Assembly (NCBI GenBank): GCA_964016885.1
Contig: OZ024750.1
Location: 19,220,001-19,284,000, forward strand
Source: Eledone cirrhosa
Lineage: Eukaryota
Length of the DNA stretch: 64,000 bases
Reading direction: 5' to 3'
Shown here piece by piece: positions 54,818-64,000 of this stretch (its first letter is position 1; each line of letters begins with the position of its first letter). Below the pieces are notes generated by a model, which ran no database searches, was not told the origin of the DNA, and was given only the letters and a program-made list of their open reading frames with translations. A program made the position numbers and the translations under genes.

Positions 54818-55247
54818 CTCGACTATCCGTGACTCGTTGGGTCACCAATAGCTCAAGGTACCCGATAAAACCGCGTACCTCGGGAACGCGTGGTCCGATT
54901 TACGTTTTACTTCGATTGTATTCCCATTTCAGGGTTATGTTAATTTCTGAGTATTTTCCCATTATGCACCGTTTCGGCAATGTATGAAGGTTTGCAGGGA
55001 TATGTTACTTTCGGAGTATTTTCCCATTATGCACCGTTTTGGCTATTTATGAAGGTACCTAGAAAACCCCATATCTCGGGAACCCGTGCTTTGATTCACG
55101 CGAAACTTGTTTTATTCCATTTGTATTCCCATTTCAGGGTCAACTTCCTTTCAAAGTATTTACCCATTATGCGCCCTTTTGGCTGTATTACATTACAGAC
55201 AAGCAAGCAAGCAAGCAAGCAATCACAGAGCTTTAGTAGTATATAGA
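54818..55247 (-). mobile_element. Non-autonomous Helitron-like element
   Basis: Minus strand A|TCTATATAC start, (GCTT)n near 5' end, internal repeats (GAGTATTTTCCCATTATGCACCGTTT), 3' hairpin GTGAC-N7-GTCAC, end CGAG|T (CTAG variant), no TSD. Confidence 0.7.
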
Positions 55248-55671
55248 TATTTAATACTCTTTTACCTGTTTCAGCCATCCGGCTGAGGCCATGCTGGGGC
55301 ACCGTAGTTAACATTTTCATGCTAGGATTTCCTGTTTTTAGTTAGTCTCTGTATAGTATATAAAATATCATAGAATTCCAAAAATGCTACTCGAAGCGGG
55401 CAACTTCATTTTTTTCATTTACTTTTTCATTTACATTTTATACTTATTCGTCATCTGCTTCTGAATTTTACGTGTTCAATATTTTCAGAAAGAATAAATA
55501 AAGAATATAGAAAAATAATTATTTTTATTACAACATAACATAATTCAACACACACAAGAAAAACTTTCCATTTCCGTCAAACGTGTTATAAACAATCGTA
55601 TTTAATTCAGAAAAAAATGTAGAATGTAAATAAAAAAATCTATCTTTAACATAGATGATACCTGCCACCCC

Positions 55672-55744
<73 letters not shown>

Positions 55745-55798
55745 TTTATACATATGTATGTAAATATATATATATATATATGTTTATACATATGTATG

Positions 55799-55836
<38 letters not shown>

Positions 55837-55932
55837 TATACATATGTATGTAAATATACATATTTATATATATATATATATATTATATTTACATATATAT
55901 AAACTTACATACACACACACACATATATATAT

Positions 55933-55965
<33 letters not shown>

Positions 55966-56419
55966 AACATATTTGTGTGCGTGTGTTTGGGCAATGTACA
56001 TACACATATATCTCTGATTTAAAAACAATATTCAACATCTGTTCACGTAACCATAAAATAAAAATAATGATATCTAAGAAGGCTGTTTTACATTCGGTTT
56101 AGATTATATTTTTATATAAATGTATATCTGCATCTGCAAATAGTGAGTTTGCCTGTATATATGATATTCTGTAAGTGAGATATTTTCTGTATGTGCCTGT
56201 GTGCGTATCTGTGTTTGTGTGTGAGGGTGAGAAAGTCACGGCTTACACTATGAATGTTGGCTTACACTTAATCATAAAAACATTGTTTCCACAGAATTTA
56301 TCTCCTTCTCAACGTCCCTGTTTTTCCTTAATGATGAAACATTATCCGAAATGTTTAACTCTCTCTCTCTGTTTATATCTTACATCAGAAAGTTGATTAT
56401 CTTTCATATTTTGAGGAGT

Positions 56420-56725
56420 GTTTTTGTGTGCTTGTTTGTGTGTGTGTGTGTTTGTCTTTTGTTTTAAAGAAAAATAATTTTAGGGGTTTGGATTCTGAAA
56501 CAAGGAGAGAAAATTAAATACTGGAAAAGTTTTTTGAGCTCGATACATCCCTAGCTTATGTTGATGCGTGTTTTTTTTTGTGTTTGTGCGTGTGCGTGTG
56601 TGTGTTTTATGTTTTGTTTTATAAAGAAAAATAATTTTTGGGGTTTAGATTCAGAAACAAGGAGAGAAAATTAAATACTGGAAAAGTTTCTTCAGTTCGA
56701 TATTATATCTGATACATCCCCAGCT
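56420..56725 (+). repeat. Tandem duplication, ~175-bp period
   Basis: AAAGAAAAATAATTTT.GGGGTTT.GATTC.GAAACAAGGAGAGAAAATTAAATACTGGAAAAGTTT twice. Confidence 0.9.
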
Positions 56726-56936
56726 TTTCAAAGTTAATTGAGGTGCTTATCGATTTTACGTCTTATCTTTCAGGCGTTGGACATTGATCGTAGCTTATCT
56801 TAGTTAAAATTCATCATAGACTGAATGAATCCTAAACCATTGGAAATCCAGCCCCAGCTGTGGCCACTCATTTTAAGCTGAATGAACAGGAGGAACATGT
56901 AATGGAGTCCATTGCCCAACGATATATGTTCCCCCA

Positions 56937-57100
56937 TGAGTTCGATTCCCGGGCTGGGCAATGCGTTATGTCCTTGAGCAAGACACTTTATTTCACGTTG
57001 TTCCTTCTACCTGGAGTTGCGACCAATAGGTAGTATTAGCAATCGGAAAGAGCAAAGGAAACATTGTTTCCTTGGTCCGATTTGACGAAAGTTGATCGAC
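56937..57100 (+). mobile_element. Family B SINE, 5'-truncated
   Basis: Close match to 6363-6525. Confidence 0.88.
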
Positions 57101-57745
57101 TGTCGACGTGTCCTCCAGTACGGGAATTACCACCACAAACGTCTGCAGAATGTTATAAACACTAGGCTACTCACCTTTATTTTGTGGATTGTTGAACAAG
57201 GGAAAAAGTAGTTCGTGACATTAACGTGCATGTAGCTGAGAATTTCACAGACACGTGTATACTTAAGATATTTCACATAAAGATTCAGCGTGATAAGACT
57301 GGCCCTTTACATTATAGGTATGAGTGGAATCACGTAAAATAAAGAGTCTTGCTCAAGGTTAGAACAAGCCGCCGGGTAAAGAATACCCTACGTTGCCGAA
57401 GAAGTATTTCATAAATAAAAAACAATGCCACAAGCAAGGATAATTTAAATATTGATAGGACCAAATCATTTTTGTTCATAGCTTAGTGGATTGCAGCTAC
57501 GTGAAATGAAGTGCCATCCAGTATGAGATTAGAGAACACAACCTTACGATCACAACTGTCATCACTTGGCTATGCGATTTTACCTAATTTACTTATAACA
57601 ACAAACGCTGATTTGTTTTCTCTTGAGAAGCTGACATGCGACACGGTCTACAGTGTATAGTATAAATACTATAGGCTATAGACTATAGTAAGTGTATACT
57701 TCATACACAACGGTTCAATGCTCTATAATTGCAAACAAAACAGTT

Positions 57746-58081
57746 GGTGAGAATATTCCGACGAAAGCGTTTTGTGATTTGTAAATTCCGTACGGTCATT
57801 TAATGATTTTCTGATTTTTGTTTTTGCCTGGTAAACTCAAAATTACAAAGAGTATATTGACTATCTCAGTGAGTAACCTAACAGCTGCTACTATTCGTTT
57901 CCTGAAGATTAAAAACAAATAATGTCCCAGTTGATATTAATATTGTTTTAACTTCAAAGTGGATATCTACAGACGAAATAATTAAGATAATGAATCCGCT
58001 GGGAAATTTTTTCCTACTATGTAGACAAATTGAAAACAACTAAATTACTTCTAGTTTTCATTTTGTATCAAACGTATATAT

Positions 58082-58133
<52 letters not shown>

Positions 58134-58469
58134 ATATATACGTTTGATACAAAATGAAAACTAGAAGTAATTTAGTTGTTTTCAATTTGTCTACATAGTA
58201 GGAAAAATTTCCCAGCGGATTCATTATCTTAATTATTTCGTCTGTAGATATCCACTTTGAAGTTAAAACAATATTAATATCAACTGGGACATTATTTGTT
58301 TTTAATCTTCAGGAAACGAATAGTAGCAGCTGTTAGGTTACTCACTGAGATAGTCAATATACTCTTTGTAATTTTGAGTTTACCAGGCAAAAACAAAAAT
58401 CAGAAAATCATTAAATGACCGTACGGAATTTACAAATCACAAAACGCTTTCGTCGGAATACTTCTCACC
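57746..58469. repeat. Inverted duplication of ~330 bp host DNA centred on (TA)n
   Basis: Arms identical except about two 1-nt indels; centre near 58108. Confidence 0.96.
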
Positions 58470-58803
58470 GTTATCGAGTATGGCCATTGCACGATATAAC
58501 ATTATTAATAATTATTAATTAATTCTATCGTGCAATGCTTGTGCGCGAAGATATTTTTTTAAAATGAGGAAAGACTGTGCACTGAGCCAATCCCACTCTC
58601 TGAGCGACAGTAGCTATAACCCGAAAAGAAGAAAAGATCAACATCATCGGTAACTACTGAGCCGCAGGTTTTATATCGGAATTATCCCAGTTTCCTGAGT
58701 TGCCTTCTAGAAGAATGCCCTGACAAAGGCTAGGGGTCCTTCACTGCCTGTGGTTTAACCGCGCGATCGGGTGTCCAGCCCGATTATTTCTATGTCGCCG
58801 CGC
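58470..58803 (-). mobile_element. Non-autonomous RTE-derived element related to 39280-39784
   Basis: Minus strand has AGAGAGTGGGATTGGCTCAGTGCACAG and ends TGGCCATACTCGATAAC. Confidence 0.6.
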
Positions 58804-58874
58804 ATATACATACACATGCACCCATGTATATACACATATACATACATATGTACATGTGTATATACATATTTACA

Positions 58875-59070
58875 CACTTTTGGGTGGCCGTTGACTCTTA
58901 TGAGTTCTTCCGCCCTTTGTCAGGTTTTGGTTTTTGTCCTGCAGGGTGTCCAAAATCACCCTCCTCACCAAGTAAACTAGGTGGGGTTGCCGGTTTAGCC
59001 GCCGACGACCCGACCATGCGACAGGTTGTACTGGGTTACATGTTACCAGTAGCATTCAAGAGTGACCCGA
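58875..59070 (+). mobile_element. Second copy of the ~180-bp repeat at 28578-28750
   Basis: Direct homology; the ORF track shows shared CPKSPSSPS. Confidence 0.75.
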
Positions 59071-59231
59071 CATATACATACATACATACATGCGTACATA
59101 CATACATAAATACATACATATATACATACATGTATACATACATAAAACCGTTGTCTGGAATAAAAGTATCTCGGCCAGAGTACTGGCAAATCTTTTATAT
59201 AATAAATACCACCCCCAACAACTATGATAGT

Positions 59232-59497
59232 GGAGGTACGTGGCCTAGTGGTAAGGGTGTTGGAATTACACTCATAACATCGTGGGTTCGATGTCTGTGT
59301 TGCGCGCTGTGTTCTTGAGCAAAACACTTCATTTCACGTTGCTCCAGTAAAATCTATAATCATCTGAAAATGAGTACCAGCAATAGCTGGGGATTTAACC
59401 CTGCAATGAACTGGTGTCCTGTCTAGGGGGTGGGGGAGGCTGGTACTCTCAGTCGCTTCACACCATGAAACCGGGATAAGCAGCAACCAAATGACTT
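59232..59497 (+). mobile_element. tRNA-derived SINE family D
   Basis: Box A TGGCCTAGTGG, box B GGTTCGATG, TTCTTGAGCAAAACACTT core, AACCCTGCAATGAACTGGTGTCCTGTCTAGGGGG..GTCGCTTCA..GAAACCGGGATAAGC tail. Confidence 0.82.
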
Positions 59498-59744
59498 AGA
59501 CTTTATACAACAAACATGTCTTTCAATACCAGCTAAGTAGGACACCAAACAAATACTTGTGTCTTGAAAGATTGTCGATTGTGCCGCAGTAATGTGGCAG
59601 ACATCACTAACACCAGTAGGAACTGCTAAAAAATTCTACGAATATCTCCGACTGTCATGCGTAAAACGTGAAAAACACAAGAACAAGAATGTATCCTCAA
59701 ATTAAAGAAAATGAGGAATAGTGGTCCAACCTTTGAAAACCACA

Positions 59745-60200
59745 GCAATATTGTGCAAGTACAAAAGACCATCATCTCTATAATGTCATATAAATGAAAT
59801 TTGTATTTCCGCTCTAAACTACACCAATCTATCAACTCGCATTTTTATCTCCATCATAAATATCGCGGCTCACATCTATTAAACCATTGTCAATATTCAT
59901 CGTTGTGAAGCTGTCATTCTAGCCTGTTATATTATGTCAATATCGTTACTCATCTTGGAACTGTATTTTCTCCCGGATTCCTTTTCCTTGATGAGATTCA
60001 TCGATTTCTTTTGTTATACTATTGATGTACAATTGTGTTGTTTTCTAATATTGTTGCTAGGGGATGTTTAGTAATTACACTGGCTTCACTGTTTACCTGA
60101 TTCATCAACCTGCTTTAGTGTGTTACTAGAAAAGTTCTGTAGGGGTTCTTTAGGTTAATGTATTGCTCTGTTTTAGCTAGGAATTCAATCATAGAGAGTG
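59745..60200 (-). pseudogene. Highly decayed Penelope-like reverse transcriptase fragment
   Basis: Across frameshifts and in the expected order: YINLK..RLMNQVNSEASVITK, DII.QAR, DVSRDIYDG..CELI, YRDDGL (cf. PLE FITLKDHK, RLINP.KSE, FDVTMGS.DGAE.CEL, LYRDDGL). Confidence 0.7.
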
Positions 60201-61357
60201 GCCCATAAATGGCGTTAACATTTAAACATTTAATACCGTCCATTTTTTTATTTTATCAATAATATATTTAAATGTATGATTCAGATTTTGAAAATATACG
60301 TAAATATATATTATACGTGATTAAATATTATTGAATATTTCCAGATATAATGTTTTTAAAAGCAGATAAAAACTTACATATCATTGATAGTTATTAAGTC
60401 TTTCAGGGTAAAGCTATTTATGAGGCTCGCTGAATAATAGAAGTGTTGCTTCTATTTGTATTGTCATATAAAGTGTATTGGTATTATGACATTTGTCAAT
60501 TTTGCCTTTCATGTTTTCGAGGTCGATAAAAAAGTACCAGTCTAGTACAGGGGTCAATTCTTCCTCTATATCTCTTTCTCATTTCCTTTCTTTCACTTTC
60601 TATCTTTTTCTGGTAGAAATCTGCTCTAGTCAGGCCTGGAAAGGGATGGGCTTCGCCAGGCTTAAAATGCACAAGAAACGCCGTTGGTCAATACAGCGCC
60701 CCCACGACTCTATCAGGAGTTACGGGACCTTACATACATATTGTAAGTGTAAGGCAGTGACATTGTAGCGTTGAATATAATACTTTGCTATATTTTTTAC
60801 TGCTCTATGTATCCAAGGTCCACTTTATATTTTATACTTCCGTACTGGATAAATAATTTACCAGCCGAGTGGTGTAGACTGCTCACCTTTAGACATGACA
60901 TTAAGGATGGATGCTTGACAGATTTAAGAGGATGTCTCTATTCGCGACTATATAAATACCATAGCAGGGAACATACCACCAAAATATCTTTGATTGTGAC
61001 AGCCTCATTTTTTATGTCTTTATCTTAAGCCCACGCATCGTTTTATATTTTCAGCAAATAGTAGTAATGGATATTTCTGTAATCTAAATCCAAATTTGTT
61101 TACAGTGGTCCGTGGCTGTTATTATTCATGTACAGTTAACCACCGACCCCATTCGTTTGATAACGTTTAGGGTTCTGTTATTTGCATAATATAGTTATTA
61201 GTATTGGAGAATAGCGATAATCTACATTGAATATGGGAATGTTAAGTGTTTTATTCTTATATATCCTATATCTGAGTTGGCAAAAGTAATTCATTTTTTG
61301 AGATATATGTTTTGTTGTCTACTATTGTCTTACCATACTGTTATCAATAGTGTAGAT

Positions 61358-61685
61358 TGCATGGCTGAATGGTTAAGAGGTCCACCTCGCAATCATCAGT
61401 TGACGAGTTCAATCCCACTGCGTGGCATCTTGGGCAAGTGTCAATCCATACCTTGTGAAGAAATTGGGTAAACAGAAACTGTTTGGAAACCAGTCGTGTG
61501 GACTGTACCTGTAGTCTAAAGGGCCAGTCTTGTCCAACAATGTATGACCTTGAATCCCTCTGAGGAGAATTAAGTTATGGGTAGACAACCTCTGAAATAC
61601 ACAGCCACTTACACGTTAATATGATGAGCAGACTGTTCTTTTCATCGAACAACAGTTGGAACAGAGATCATTGAAACCAACAGAA
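61358..61685 (+). mobile_element. Degenerate family C-like SINE
   Basis: TGGCTGAATGGTTAAG, GAGTTCAATCCC, ATCTTGGGCAAGTGTC, CAGCCACTTACACGTTAAT. Confidence 0.7.
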
Positions 61686-62300
61686 GTCAATTACACTGTT
61701 ACTACAGGATATAGTTTCAATTTGTAATAATAAAAATTGAAATACTCTTATCGCTTTTACATATTATAGTATTATCGTTGTTTTTCAGAACCTCTAGAAC
61801 AAGTTGAGGATTCTTCTACCGCATGTTTTTGTTATGTTTTTATTTCTCTTTATTGGTTTCACATCTGAAGGAGCCTCGCTGTCTGCCGCGAATTGTTATT
61901 TTTCTTTTATCTGAAAGAGTCTCAAAGGACTGATAAAGTAATTCAAACTTTGTTTCGGTCATGTTTTCGTCTTACGTGGAAGTTAGTGTCAAAACTTAGA
62001 ATCTGAGCTAAGAGCGAAGAATAGAAACTGCAGACCAAAAATCAAACACACATGAAAGAAACTAAACTATGAAACTAGCAGTTAAAAAATGGTTAGAAAA
62101 CATTTTTGTGCGGTTATTTCTATTTTTGCTTTATATCTTTGTGTGTTTAATAATATTGTACAAAATAAGTTATTGTCAAAATTGTTCTACAAAACGCAAT
62201 TCGGATAAAATATCGGCTCGAGAAAATTTATTTTCGCCGTTCGATACAATGTAATTAAATGAAATTCGTACCACGAGCCATGTTATATATATACATATAT

Positions 62301-62410
<110 letters not shown>

Positions 62411-62430
62411 AAATTCGTACCACGAGCCAT

Positions 62431-62475
<45 letters not shown>

Positions 62476-62491
62476 TCGTACCACGAGCCAT

Positions 62492-62526
<35 letters not shown>

Positions 62527-62812
62527 CTTATACAGATATATATTTCCCCTCCCCCAACCATATACTGTATATATATATATATACGTGTATAAGAAATACC
62601 TTAAATAAAACATGAGGTTCTGGGTTCAATTACTCAGCATAGTTTCTTAAGCAAGTACCGACAACCCCTACGTTTTCCAATAATCTATGCCTGGAACGCG
62701 ATATAGAACTCGATTTGCCACCAGAGTCATTAATGCGTTGTATATTTGATCCGAGTCACTGTATTTTAGTTCAAACCACGGTGATGTCTACTTACCCTTT
62801 CATTATGAAAAG

Positions 62813-63030
62813 GGCAGTGGATCAGCAATATCGGTAGAGCTTCGAGCAACATGCTTTGTGGCATATAGTTACGTCCTTTTATGTTATCAATTCATATCCC
62901 ACCGAGTTTAACGTTGCCTTTCATCCTTGCAGAGTCGATGAAATAAAGTACCAGTAACGTACTGGGGTCGATTTAATCGACTTTCCTCTCCCCTTCAAAT
63001 TACCGGCCTTGTACCTAAATCAGAAACTAT
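62813..63030 (+). mobile_element. Family A SINE, long form
   Basis: Includes GGGGTCGATTTAATCGACTTTCCTCTCCCC segment absent from many array copies. Confidence 0.85.
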
Positions 63031-63158
63031 TAATTCGAGACAATAAAAAAGTACCAGCCCAGGGCTAATGCAGTCATCTTTCCATCTTTCCTATCACCGG
63101 ATAAAGCCTTGATGTTCTGCAAGATCCAAAGAGTGGGAATTGATATATAAGCGCGCGT

Positions 63159-63248
<90 letters not shown>

Positions 63249-63365
63249 ATATATATACATGCGTATATTGACATGTATTGTACGTCATCTACAACAAAAG
63301 CCAAATCAGCTAGATATTTTAAAGACAAACGGCAGATGAGTTTTAAACAATCATAATTTAAAATG

Positions 63366-63396
<31 letters not shown>

Positions 63397-63567
63397 TTTA
63401 ATATAGAAATTGCTTCTACAGGACTAGAACTGTTTCATTCAGGAGAAATCATTCTCCGAATGAAACAGTTCTAGAAGCCATTTTCTATATTAAAAAAATT
63501 ATACTCTGCTATGTATTGAGTACTTTACTTACTGTGGTTACTCTCGATTGAACCCGGGATAAACTTA
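63397..63567 (+). mobile_element. Family P2 fold-back copy within (TA)n
   Basis: CTAGAACTGTTTCATTC / GAATGAAACAGTTCTAG arms; tail is reverse complement of 38661-38735. Confidence 0.82.
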
Positions 63568-63568
63568 T

Positions 63569-63626
<58 letters not shown>

Positions 63627-64000
63627 ACACTTACGCACGCGCGCCCGGAAGGAAACCCAAACGCATATATACATATATGAGAGTTGATTTTATTCCAAAC
63701 AGCTCTGATATTATTTATTATAGAGACAGAGTGAAAATAGAATGCTTAAATGTTTGTTGTGAGAAAGAGTTTTAGATTGAGTTTAACATTTTCTAAACTA
63801 AACACAATTTCCTGAATTTCCATTTCAATAACATTCGCTAAATAACAATTATAGAGATAAAATATAGTCACGTATATGTAATATAGGAAGGTAAAATCGT
63901 CGATGAAACTGTGATTATCCACACAATGTATTGACACAAAGCTCCCTCTAGCGCTGCCCGTGAAACCTTAAAACAACATGCAAGGGCGATACCTTTAATA

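Overview
AT-rich, microsatellite-saturated eukaryotic DNA. The repeat content (tRNA-derived SINE families, RTE LINE and Penelope-like remnants, dense (TA)n) resembles an octopus/cephalopod genome; this is inference from remembered repeat sequences, not a search. No intact protein-coding gene could be supported: almost all listed ORFs are translations of simple repeats, and only two weak candidate exons were seen. Recognisable content: decayed Penelope-like element (PLE) GIY-YIG and RT fragments, RTE LINE 3' fragments, an internally deleted hAT transposon with an 8-bp TSD, a non-autonomous Helitron-like element, many tRNA-SINE copies (often head-to-tail arrays), and a 2-kb satellite with inverted blocks. 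The most striking signal is a recurring set of short fold-back (palindromic) insertions in (TA)n tracts, from several unrelated sequence families. Most carry a minimal hammerhead-ribozyme core (CUGANGA...GAAA...UH) reading outward from the palindrome centre, with an unpaired tail on one arm only. In addition, two long (TA)n-centred inverted duplications of host DNA each end directly at the 3' end of a retroelement, suggesting hairpin-primed retrotransposition at TA microsatellites. Coordinates were read by eye and may be off by a few bases.
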